Source: Candidatus Uhrbacteria bacterium (GTDB taxonomy: Bacteria > Patescibacteriota > Patescibacteriia > UBA9934). From it: DNA of 64,000 nucleotides. The position numbers and the translations under genes were made by a program. The DNA lies in contig CALRHV010000001.1 of the NCBI GenBank assembly GCA_943359525.1, positions 7,181-71,180 on the forward strand. The letters are read 5' to 3'. Below are positions 32,353 to 40,630 of this stretch, piece after piece (the stretch's first letter is position 1; each line of letters starts with the position of its first letter). The notes below the pieces were generated by a model. That model made no database searches. It had not been told where the DNA came from and worked only from the letters and a program-made list of their open reading frames with translations.

Positions 32353-32490
32353 ATGCCAAGTCGCCACCACCTTTCGAGAAAGTCCCAAAACGCCCTTTTC
32401 GCCATTAAACGCGTGGTCGGTTTTGCCAAGCGCCGTAAGGCTAAGGCCATCCGTATGCGCAAGCTGGAAGCAAAGGCAGTTGCGAAGTAA
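32353..32490 (+). CDS. Small highly basic protein (45 aa; below the ORF-track cutoff)
   Basis: MPSRHHLSRKSQNALFAIKRVVGFAKRRKAKAIRMRKLEAKAVAK*, followed immediately by a terminator. Confidence 0.6.
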   Translation: MPSRHHLSRKSQNALFAIKRVVGFAKRRKAKAIRMRKLEAKAVAK

Positions 32491-32491
32491 G

Positions 32492-32526
32492 AAAAAAGAC
32501 CCTCCGAGCGATCGGAGGGTCTTTTT
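32492..32526. terminator. Bidirectional intrinsic terminator
   Basis: A6-GACCCTCCGA-gcga-TCGGAGGGTC-T5. Confidence 0.85.
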
Positions 32527-32543
32527 GTTTGATGATCGACCGA

Positions 32544-33977
32544 CTAATAGCTCCGCGCAAACACAACGCGTTGATTCGATGGCTTTCCTGAGAATACGCA
32601 GGTTCCCGATGAGGAAGCCTCGGAGAATGGAATACAGCGGATCGTCGCGTTCGTTGCCTCCTTAATCTTCTTTTCATCGTCCGCATCGCCAGACCAATGT
32701 GCGGTCACAAACTTTCCAACCTCGATCGCGGTTACGAATTCGTCCCATGTAGAAACACCCACCGAGTTCGATTCACGGTGCGCGAGCGCACGATCGAAGA
32801 GATTCTTCTGGATCGTGACCATGAGATCGGAGACTATTGCTGCAGCATCGCCGATCGCCACACGAGACTTTTCACTGGTATCACGACGCGCAATGACAAC
32901 CTCGCCAGCCGCGATATCCTTCGGCCCGATCTCAACACGGACAGGAATCCCCTTCTTCTCCCAGTGAAAAATCTTCTCGCCAGGACGACCGTCGCGAGTA
33001 TCAATCTTGCCTCGAACGCCAGCAGCCTGGAGCTCGGCGAGCAATGCGTTCGCCTTTTCCATAACCGGTGCGCGCTCCTCGTCCTTGAACCACAATGGAA
33101 TAATGATCGCCTGAACCGATGCAACCTTCGGCGGAAGAACGAGACCCTGATCATCAGAGTGCGTCATGATCAGTCCACCGATCATGCGTGTTGAAACACC
33201 CCAGCTTGTCTGCCACGCAAGTTGTTCGACATTATTTTCGTCGCTAAATTTTACGTTGAATGCTTTTGCGAAATTCTGTCCAAGGTTGTGCGAGGTGCCG
33301 AATTGCAACGCTTTGCCGTCCTGCATCATCGCTTCGACACAATATGTGCGGAGCGCACCGGCAAATCGCTCGCTGTCAGACTTTTGCCCAGGGATCACCG
33401 GAACCGCCATCACGTTCTCGGCAAAGTCCACGTAGATATCGAGCATCTTTCGCGCAAACGCGTCAGCCTCGTCGTGGGTTGCGTGAACCGTGTGCCCTTC
33501 CTGCCACAAGAATTCTGTCGTCCGAAGGAACAAGCGCGTTCGCATCTCCCAGCGCACCACATTTGCCCACTGGTTGATGAGCAGAGGAAGATCGCGATAC
33601 GAATGGATCCAACCGCTGAACACTTCGTACATGATGGTTTCCGATGTTGGACGGACAACCAACGGTTCGTCGAGCTTCTTTCCGCCAGCATGTGTAACAA
33701 CAGCAACTTCTGGCGCGAATCCTTCGACGTGTTCAGCTTCACGACTCAAAAAACTCTGTGGAATAAATAATGGGAAATAGGCATTCTCAACGCCAATGGC
33801 TTTAAAGCGAGCATCAAGATCCTTTTGGATCATCTCCCAAATGGCATAGCCGTGCGGCTTAATAATCATGCAGCCCTTCACCGGCGAATGCTCGGCCATG
33901 TCTGCGGCAGAGATCACGTCGAGGTACCACTGGCTGTAATCTTCAGCACGAGGAGTGATGCGAGTATTGGAAGCCAT
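32544..33977 (-). CDS. proS: Proline--tRNA ligase (archaeal/eukaryote-like type)
   Basis: 'RPTSET', 'QWANVVRWEMRTRLFLRTTEFLWQEGHT', C-terminal 'FARSY'. Confidence 0.97.
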   Translation of the reverse strand: MASNTRITPRAEDYSQWYLDVISAADMAEHSPVKGCMIIKPHGYAIWEMIQKDLDARFKAIGVENAYFPLFIPQSFLSREAEHVEGFAPEVAVVTHAGGKKLDEPLVVRPTSETIMYEVFSGWIHSYRDLPLLINQWANVVRWEMRTRLFLRTTEFLWQEGHTVHATHDEADAFARKMLDIYVDFAENVMAVPVIPGQKSDSERFAGALRTYCVEAMMQDGKALQFGTSHNLGQNFAKAFNVKFSDENNVEQLAWQTSWGVSTRMIGGLIMTHSDDQGLVLPPKVASVQAIIIPLWFKDEERAPVMEKANALLAELQAAGVRGKIDTRDGRPGEKIFHWEKKGIPVRVEIGPKDIAAGEVVIARRDTSEKSRVAIGDAAAIVSDLMVTIQKNLFDRALAHRESNSVGVSTWDEFVTAIEVGKFVTAHWSGDADDEKKIKEATNATIRCIPFSEASSSGTCVFSGKPSNQRVVFARSY

Positions 33978-34011
33978 AAAAAAGAAGGAAAGAATGCCAC
34001 GATGGTACCGG

Positions 34012-34038
34012 AAAACAAAAAACTCTCCAAATGGAGAG
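34012..34038 (-). terminator. Intrinsic terminator ending the putative large ncRNA
   Basis: Minus strand CTCTCCA-TT-TGGAGAG-TTTTTTGTTTT. Confidence 0.7.
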
Positions 34039-34766
34039 AATGATAAAGCCCCATGAGCATTCCGATTTTCACGTCGGCGATCTCATGGGGCATCGTTTGG
34101 TTCACGTGTCACTCGTTGGCCGAAACTGTTTTTTTAGGTTGGGGCCGGTCGTTGTCGGGAAGAAACTCCCCTTAGGCGACCGGCCTTGCCCCAGTGGAGA
34201 TGTTCGCGTCGGCCGACGCTACTTATCTTTGATGCTCCGTTTGCACCCCACACGTTTCTGCCCCGGTTGGAGCGTCCACTTTGTTCAATCCTGCTTGCAA
34301 GGCTAGGACTAAACCGGATGCTCTGCACTCCTCACTCATGTTGACCTCCCGGCCAATGAATGGCTACAGAACTTGGGGAGGGCTTTCTCTGCCGGTATGG
34401 TTTGCGGCCACCCACTGCAAAGTCTTCTCCTCGCCATTGATGAATCTACCGATGGGAAGCAATCTTTTCAGATTACGCCATCGTGTAGTGTCGTTCACCA
34501 ACTTCCAGGCGACAACCTGGGCGGTGATCGGACTATTGGTCCGTCACCTTTCGCGCCGATGGTCCTCAGGCGGACCCACAGGAGCCCAATGGCCCCCACA
34601 CGCCCATTGGCACGTGCAATCCTCATCCCCTTGCGAGGGACTCGCCTGACCGGGATGAGACCCGGCATGAAAAGGCGTGGCCCATCGGGCCGGAGGAGCT
34701 TATTGCTGTTGAAGGTCGATGCTGCTGTCGCATCGCTATGTGACCATCGCCGCGGGGCTCAGGTAC
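34012..34766 (-). ncRNA. Putative large structured non-coding RNA (~750 nt), family not recognised
   Basis: Consensus promoter upstream, terminator downstream, no credible ORF, more than 10 nested helices including GNRA tetraloops on the minus strand. Confidence 0.6.
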
Positions 34767-34773
34767 GAGAACT

Positions 34774-34802
34774 AGCATACCACATTTTCCCACTTTGGTC
34801 AA
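34774..34802 (-). promoter_or_regulatory. sigma70 promoter TTGACC-17-TATGCT with extended -10 TG
   Basis: Minus strand TTGACC aaagtgggaaaatgtgg TATGCT. Confidence 0.75.
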
Positions 34803-34872
34803 GTGGATTAGCGTATAAAACACAAGAATATCCTTTAAATAGGCACTTTTTGTCTTCTCCGCTCTCTCTCAA

Positions 34873-34897
34873 TCATCCTCGCGTAAGCGGAGATCCA
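34873..34897 (+). repeat. REP-like palindrome (TCATCCTCGCGTAAGCGGAGATCCA)
   Basis: Matches the widespread TCATCCCCGCGNAAGCGGGGATCCA type of short palindromic repeat. Confidence 0.55.
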
Positions 34898-35003
34898 GCG
34901 TGTTTCTAAGACTACTCAGAACAGTGAATCGATTTCCATGTATCATCGATGCAGCGACAGAATCCGCAAAAATTCTTATCTACAAGTGTCGCAAAATACA
35001 TCT

Positions 35004-35384
35004 ATGATCGAACAACTCAATCCCAATCTCTCAGAAGAACAAAAGAACGTCTGTTTTTTGAAAGGAACCGAGGCGCCGTTTAGTGGAAAGTATTACAAAA
35101 CCACGGATTCTGGGATGTACGTTTGCGCCAATTGTGGCCATGAATTGTTCGGATCGGACACAAAATTTGACTCTGGAACGGGTTGGCCAAGCTTTTGGGA
35201 TACTGCAAATTCGGAGAATGTTGCGACGGAGACGGACCGCGAGCTCGGCATGGCACGAACCGAAATTCTCTGCGCGAACTGTCGTGCACACCTTGGCCAC
35301 GTGTTCCCCGATGGGCCGAAACCGACCGGAAAACGATATTGTGTGAATTCGCTGTCGCTGGATTTTCAGCCGAAGCAGAGTTGA
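35004..35384 (+). CDS. msrB: Peptide-methionine (R)-S-oxide reductase
   Basis: 'GTEAPFSG', 'GTGWPSF', 'HLGHVFPDGP', 'RYCVNS'. Confidence 0.96.
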   Translation: MIEQLNPNLSEEQKNVCFLKGTEAPFSGKYYKTTDSGMYVCANCGHELFGSDTKFDSGTGWPSFWDTANSENVATETDRELGMARTEILCANCRAHLGHVFPDGPKPTGKRYCVNSLSLDFQPKQS

Positions 35385-35398
35385 GCCGACCGAGCGTA

Positions 35399-35568
35399 GC
35401 GAGCGATTCAACGAGTGGCACCGAGGACATCACAAGCGCCAGTGGCGAGGATACATTCTTCCAACGAGCACGCGCCCCTCAGCTGCAGTCGAGTGTAAAC
35501 GAGACGTCGCAGCGTAGGGGATTCGCGCGGAGTGCAGAAGAATGTATCCGAGCCACCAGCTTGCGATG
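35399..35568. repeat. Long imperfect hairpin (REP-like) between convergent msrB and ABC-F
   Basis: GGATACATTCTTC/GAAGAATGTATCC, GTGGC/GCCAC and CATCACAAGC/GCTTGCGATG pairings; 5' end shared with 10490. Confidence 0.75.
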
Positions 35569-35569
35569 A

Positions 35570-37381
35570 TTATTTCGCCGCTTTCAACATCTCAATCTCT
35601 TCACACAACACAAGCCATTGATGCTCGAATCGGCTGAGTTCGTCGTCGAGTTCGGAAAGGCGACGATTCTTTTCTGGCGAGTAATCTGTTGGGTTCTCGA
35701 AAAAGTACGCGAGGATTCCACTTTTTTCTTTGTCGAGCTTTTCAATCTGCAGTTGCATCCGTTCTGCGAGGCGTTGTTTTTCTTTGAGGAGTTGTCGGCG
35801 AAGCGATCGTGTTTCTGCGTCGTCAGACATTTCCTTCGGCAACACCGCGACATCATCAGCATCCATGATCGATTCGAGATCGCGAACATAATCCTCGTAC
35901 GTTCCAACGTAGTGACGCAACGTTCCTCCTCGAATCTCGTAGATCCGATCGGCAAGAGCATTCACGAAGGTTCGTGCGTGAGAAACGAAGAGCACCGTTC
36001 CGCCGCATTCCTTCAGCGCCGATGCGAGCGATTCTGCAGTCTCGACGTCCAGGTGGTTTGTTGGTTCGTCGAGGATGAGTACGCTGTGTTCGTGCAGCAG
36101 CATTCCCGCCAAACACAAACGGGCACGCTCTCCCCCAGAAAGCACACTCGTCGTTTTTTCCAAGTCGTCACCACGGAACAGGAAGTTCCCCGCCATCATC
36201 AAAATGCGCTCCCCCGATGCCATTGCCGGTGAAAGGCGCGTAAGGTACTGCAGGATAGTCTCCGATGGGACCAATGTCGCATCCGTCTTCTGGTCGTAAT
36301 ACCCAATGTCGGCGCGATGCCACCATTTTACGCTTCCCTCGAGAGGCTCGAGAATTCCCGCGAGCGTTTTCAGTAACGTCGATTTTCCTTTTCCGTTCTC
36401 CCCAGCAATAACTACCTTTTCTCCGCGATTGAACGTAAACGAGATGTTCGAGGCAATAACTACGGGAGATCCTTCACTCCGTTCAGGATGACTGAAATAT
36501 CCAATCGACAGCTTCTCTACACGAACAGCGATGCCCGGAATAATCACCGGCGTGGGAATGACGATGCGCGTGGTCGACAGGTCTTTTTTAATCTGCACGA
36601 TCGATCGTCGGAGTTTCTCGATATGCTTGATCTTACTCTGTGCTCGCGACGCCTGGCTCGCCTTGTACTGAAACCGATTCACAAATTCCTGGTGATGCGC
36701 CATCTCTCTGGCAACACGCTTATTACTCTTCCGAAGAAACTCCAATTGCTCTGCCTTCCATACAAGATAATCCTCAACAGTTCCCGGGTACGCCGTCATC
36801 GCCGCGCGCTCAATCTCCATGGTGGAAGTACAGGTGTTCTGAAGAAATTCGCGATCGTGCGCAGTCATGATAAAGCTCCCCTCGTAATCAGCGAGGAAAC
36901 GTTCGAGCAAAAGCAACGTCGGCAGATCGAGATAGTTCACTGGTTCGTCGAGGAGAAGCAAATTCGGATCGCACAACAACATTGCAACAATCTTTACGCG
37001 CATTTGGTAACCCCCCGATAGTGCAGTTGGCGGCTTCTCAAGATCGGTGCCATGCAATCCAAACTTCGCGGCAAGCTTGCGGACGTCCCACGTCGGCTTC
37101 CCCGAGATCGATGAGCAGTATTCTTCGGTGGTGACGTCGCCGGGAAGAATGTCGTGTTGCGCAACCATGCCGAGCTTCGTCCATGGCATGAGTTTTACTG
37201 TTCCAGCATCGGGCTCCTCGATTCCCATGAGCATATTCAACAGCGTCGACTTCCCGGCACCGTTGCGGCCGATCAACGCGATATGCTCACCTTCACCCAC
37301 CACAAATCCAATATCGTCACAGACAATTTGCTTGCCGTACGATTTCCGTAAACCTTTTACATCGAGGAGTGGTCGAGACAT
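35570..37381 (-). CDS. ABC-F family ATP-binding protein
   Basis: Two ABC domains (GRNGAGKST, LSGG, LDEP; GENGKGKST, LSGGE, LDEPTNHLD) with linker; no TM. Confidence 0.93.
   Translation of the reverse strand: MSRPLLDVKGLRKSYGKQIVCDDIGFVVGEGEHIALIGRNGAGKSTLLNMLMGIEEPDAGTVKLMPWTKLGMVAQHDILPGDVTTEEYCSSISGKPTWDVRKLAAKFGLHGTDLEKPPTALSGGYQMRVKIVAMLLCDPNLLLLDEPVNYLDLPTLLLLERFLADYEGSFIMTAHDREFLQNTCTSTMEIERAAMTAYPGTVEDYLVWKAEQLEFLRKSNKRVAREMAHHQEFVNRFQYKASQASRAQSKIKHIEKLRRSIVQIKKDLSTTRIVIPTPVIIPGIAVRVEKLSIGYFSHPERSEGSPVVIASNISFTFNRGEKVVIAGENGKGKSTLLKTLAGILEPLEGSVKWWHRADIGYYDQKTDATLVPSETILQYLTRLSPAMASGERILMMAGNFLFRGDDLEKTTSVLSGGERARLCLAGMLLHEHSVLILDEPTNHLDVETAESLASALKECGGTVLFVSHARTFVNALADRIYEIRGGTLRHYVGTYEDYVRDLESIMDADDVAVLPKEMSDDAETRSLRRQLLKEKQRLAERMQLQIEKLDKEKSGILAYFFENPTDYSPEKNRRLSELDDELSRFEHQWLVLCEEIEMLKAAK
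36467..36492 (-). repeat. REP-like palindrome inserted in frame in the ABC-F gene
   Basis: GTCATCCTGAACGGAGTGAAGGATCT, translating to SHPERSEGS. Confidence 0.7.
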
Positions 37382-37430
37382 GGCAGGAAGGGTACACTAG
37401 AATCAACAAAATCGTTAAATAATTCCCTCA

Positions 37431-37518
37431 GTCTTTGCGAGGAGAATGTAATCGTTCGACGAAGCAATCTAGGTTTAGCCTGGATTGCCACGTCGGGATT
37501 ACCCTCCTCGCAATGACG
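37431..37518. repeat. Inverted REP-like doublet upstream of greA
   Basis: GTC(T/A)TTGCGAGGAG...GCAATC units in inverted orientation; the second unit is 35/37 identical to 49138-49174. Confidence 0.8.
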
Positions 37519-37528
37519 AATCAATTTC

Positions 37529-38041
37529 ATGAGACTTCCTACCAGAAAGAAAGAACTCGAACGTCAGCAAACCGAGGAGCCTGATTTGCATTTCACTCCG
37601 GAAAAGATTGAGGCGATGAAGCGTGAACTTCAACGGCTCATCGATACTGAACGCGGTGTTGCCGCTGCAGAAGTGGTTCGCACCGGAGAGATGGGCGATT
37701 TTTCGGAGAATGCTGGCTATCAGTGGGCCAAACAAAACCTTCGACGAGTCAACGGACGAATTCTCTCCCTTACCGAAAAGATCAACCACGCGATTCCGAT
37801 CATTCATGAAGTCGGATCCACCCGCGTCCGCATCGGCTCCATCGTCACCGTAAAGCTCGAACCTGGTTCAGCTACCTACACCTACGAAATCCTCGGCTCG
37901 CAGGAAAGCAATCCGATGAAAGGGAAAATCTCCCATCACTCCCCCATCGGTAAAGCGCTTCTTGGCGCAGAGATCGGCGACGCGGCGGATGTCCAGGTCG
38001 GCGACCGGACAACGCGATACACTGTTCTTGCAATCAACTAA
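37529..38041 (+). CDS. greA: GreA/GreB-family transcription elongation factor
   Basis: 'GDFSENAGY', 'ISHHSPIGKALLG'. Confidence 0.9.
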   Translation: MRLPTRKKELERQQTEEPDLHFTPEKIEAMKRELQRLIDTERGVAAAEVVRTGEMGDFSENAGYQWAKQNLRRVNGRILSLTEKINHAIPIIHEVGSTRVRIGSIVTVKLEPGSATYTYEILGSQESNPMKGKISHHSPIGKALLGAEIGDAADVQVGDRTTRYTVLAIN

Positions 38042-38042
38042 C

Positions 38043-38079
38043 AAAAAATCACCCGGCCGAATTGGCCGGGTGATTTTTT
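38043..38079. terminator. Bidirectional intrinsic terminator
   Basis: A6-TCACCCGGCC-loop-GGCCGGGTGA-T6. Confidence 0.85.
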
Positions 38080-38081
38080 AC

Positions 38082-38585
38082 CTATTCACTCTTTCGTTCC
38101 TCTCCGCGATGCATTCCCTCTGGCCCACGACCCTTCGGCCCGTGCCCTGGCGCGAATCGTTTTGGGAGGTTATTTTTCTCTGCCCATGCCTTCTGCGTTT
38201 CCGCATTCGCTTTCACGGCGGCCTGACGTTCTTCCTTCGTCATGTCCTTCAAACTCTCGAAGAAGGTTTTTTGCGAAGCGATATTTGCGGCGATTGCGTC
38301 AGCCTGCGATTGTGTGAGCTTTCCTTTTTCGACGGCCTTCGCAAGATGCTCTGCAGCCTTCTCTTCATGCTTCTCCTGCTTCACTTCGCGCTGTTCATCA
38401 AATACCGCCTGAACCTCGCCGGCATTCAAATGAAACTTCTCTGCGATTGCTGTCACAAGACGATCCATCCGACCGTGAGTATCAGAAGGTGCCGATGCCG
38501 CAAATGCGGACGACGCCCCAAATACTCCCATCCCGAGCGTTGCGACAATTGCTGTTGCAATCACCGATTTCTTTGTCATGCTCAT
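38082..38585 (-). CDS. Secreted helical protein (hypothetical)
   Basis: Signal peptide ending in AFA; 'AVEKGKLTQSQAD'; downstream of the two-component system. Confidence 0.75.
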   Translation of the reverse strand: MSMTKKSVIATAIVATLGMGVFGASSAFAASAPSDTHGRMDRLVTAIAEKFHLNAGEVQAVFDEQREVKQEKHEEKAAEHLAKAVEKGKLTQSQADAIAANIASQKTFFESLKDMTKEERQAAVKANAETQKAWAEKNNLPKRFAPGHGPKGRGPEGMHRGEERKSE

Positions 38586-38640
38586 AGAACAATGAGGTTA
38601 AGACTAACGCTGGCACTATAGAAAAGGTGCCATGAAGCAA

Positions 38641-39675
38641 TCATGAAGCCTTGTGGATAGGAAGAGTGATACTCACCGTTGTGCCAACATCTACAGTACT
38701 TTTCATCGAGATCGCCCCACCAAAAGACTCGATGATCGACCGCGCAATCGACAACCCCAATCCACTTCCACCGGTACGTCGCGAACGGCTCTTGTCGGCG
38801 CGATAAAACCGATCGAAGATTTTTTGTACGTCCTTTTCCGCAATCCCAACTCCAGTATCAACGATATCAATCTTCACCGTCTCGTCTTCGCGCTCCATGG
38901 AAACCGTTACCGATCCATGTGGTCGGTTGTACAGAATCGCGTTTTCAATAACGTTCGTCAGCACGCGAATCATCGGTTCCTCGGCGGCAAGAATCGTGAA
39001 TGTTTCCGATGCATCCTCAAGCGTGAGTGTAACGTGATGGCTTACGGCTATCAACGAAAGACGATCAGCAACTTTTTGAAGAACATCATTCACCACCATC
39101 GGAACTCGCAAAGTTTCCGATCCCGCATGTTCAAGCTTCGAGAGCGAAAGCACGTCACTCACCAACACACTCATTCGCTTCACTTCCTCGAGATGACTCT
39201 TTGCAGACGAACGAAGATCGACCGATCCACCGTCACGTTCATTTTCTAAATTCGCCTGAAGAATAGCCAACGGAGTGCGAAGTTCGTGCGATGCGTCGCT
39301 CAAGAACTGTCGTTGGCGCTCATACGCCTCCTCGATCGGCCTCAGAGTTCGTGTGGCAAGCCGATAACTGATGAACACAGAAATACACACAAGAATGCCG
39401 TTCACAATGAGCAACGTCTCAGAAAGTTCTTCAGTCACATCGCGAACATCCACAGGAAATACCACGGGATGAATCCGATCATTCCGATCGATGACCAGCG
39501 CAAATCTCTGACTGAGCCGTTCAGAGAACACGGTACGAGTCACGCCGCTAGAAATCAGCAAAAGAATAACGAGAATCCCCGTATATATTGCTGTCAGCGC
39601 AATGCGTGTTTTAAAATACTGCTCACGAAATGAGCCGGTATCCTTTTCCCCAAACGGTTTGAATACGTTTCGCAT
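38641..39675 (-). CDS. Sensor histidine kinase
   Basis: 'SDASHELRTPL', 'NVIENAILY', 'DTGVGI', 'GGSGLGLSI'. Confidence 0.95.
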   Translation of the reverse strand: MRNVFKPFGEKDTGSFREQYFKTRIALTAIYTGILVILLLISSGVTRTVFSERLSQRFALVIDRNDRIHPVVFPVDVRDVTEELSETLLIVNGILVCISVFISYRLATRTLRPIEEAYERQRQFLSDASHELRTPLAILQANLENERDGGSVDLRSSAKSHLEEVKRMSVLVSDVLSLSKLEHAGSETLRVPMVVNDVLQKVADRLSLIAVSHHVTLTLEDASETFTILAAEEPMIRVLTNVIENAILYNRPHGSVTVSMEREDETVKIDIVDTGVGIAEKDVQKIFDRFYRADKSRSRRTGGSGLGLSIARSIIESFGGAISMKSTVDVGTTVSITLPIHKAS

Positions 39676-40288
39676 ACTCCTTTGGCAATTTCTTTCGAAG
39701 ATTTTTCAAGTGCACATCAACCACGTTACTCAATGAGTCGAAGAACCTGTCCCACACGTGCGACAAAATGTCTTCTCGAGTGACGACCGCATCCTGGTTC
39801 CGAAGGAAGTATTCAAGCAGGGCGTATTCACGAAGCGTGAGATCGATCACCTTCCCGTTGATGGTAACAATCTGCGATCGGGTATCGAGTGACAGTGCAT
39901 TCAGTGTGAGGACGTCGCCTTGCACTGTTGGCGCACGACGAGTAATTGCACGGATGCGAGCAACAAGCTCATCGAATGAAAATGGTTTCACCATGTAATC
40001 GTCGGCACCAACGTTAAAGCCGGAAACCTTTTCATGCACATCGCTCTTTGCCGTCAAAAAGAGCACTGGAGTTTGTACGCCAACAGCTCGGAGCTTCTTA
40101 CACATCAAGAACCCGTCCATAATGGGCATCATCACATCGAGCACAATACAATCGTAAGAGTGTTCGCGAGCGATTCGTTCGCCCTCCGCACCGTCGAACG
40201 CCGCATCAACCGTGTATCCACGACTTCGCAAGCCCTGAACGATCGCTGCATTTAATTTCTGCTCATCTTCGACAACGAGGATCTTCAT
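39623..40288 (-). CDS. OmpR/PhoB-family response regulator
   Basis: 'MKILVVEDE', 'LDVMMP', 'GADDYMVKPF', 'TVWGKGY'. Confidence 0.95.
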   Translation of the reverse strand: MKILVVEDEQKLNAAIVQGLRSRGYTVDAAFDGAEGERIAREHSYDCIVLDVMMPIMDGFLMCKKLRAVGVQTPVLFLTAKSDVHEKVSGFNVGADDYMVKPFSFDELVARIRAITRRAPTVQGDVLTLNALSLDTRSQIVTINGKVIDLTLREYALLEYFLRNQDAVVTREDILSHVWDRFFDSLSNVVDVHLKNLRKKLPKEYAKRIQTVWGKGYRLIS

Positions 40289-40349
40289 ACGCGATAAGTA
40301 TACCGAAGCCACATGAAGCAACAGTGAAGACACAATATCCACAATTGCC

Positions 40350-40580
40350 TTGCAAAGCAAAAAATGTGTGGTATTCTCAATACATCCTTATGAACGCTCA
40401 GTCGACCACAATGAAGTACGCCGCATGCGCGATGCCGATTCACGGCAAGTGCGATTTTACGCGTTTTCTTCCTTGTGCCAACGACAGATCGATTCATTCT
40501 GCATAACGCATCGTGCAAACGTGCGTGACTGAAGAAAAACGATCTGTCTCCCCGATAGGTCGTTTTTCTTCAGGCGTCAC
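40350..40580 (+). promoter_or_regulatory. Promoter, leader peptide and terminator/antiterminator (putative attenuator)
   Basis: TTGCAA-16-TATTCT; uORF 40390-40506; terminator 40529-40573; GACAGATCG (40483-40491) complementary to the terminator 5' arm (40540-40548). Confidence 0.6.
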
Positions 40581-40630
40581 TCACTCCCACCGGCCCGCCT
40601 GAGGCCACAACCCCGCAGAGGTTACTGTCC

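Noticed and set aside
34012-34766. T-box riboswitch for proS, RNase P, tmRNA, or a group I/II intron
   Set aside because: No GGTGGNACC T-box near the terminator, no RNase P CR-I/CR-V, no tRNA-like ends or tag ORF, no domain V; isolated AGACT/TAGTCC words lack the remaining group I core; proS appears to have its own TACCAT -10 near 34002-34007
34031-34909. Short ORFs (34031, 34281, 34373, 34623) as protein genes
   Set aside because: Low-complexity Arg/Pro/Gly-rich translations, no recognisable motifs and no consistent frame; a decayed pseudogene cannot be fully excluded
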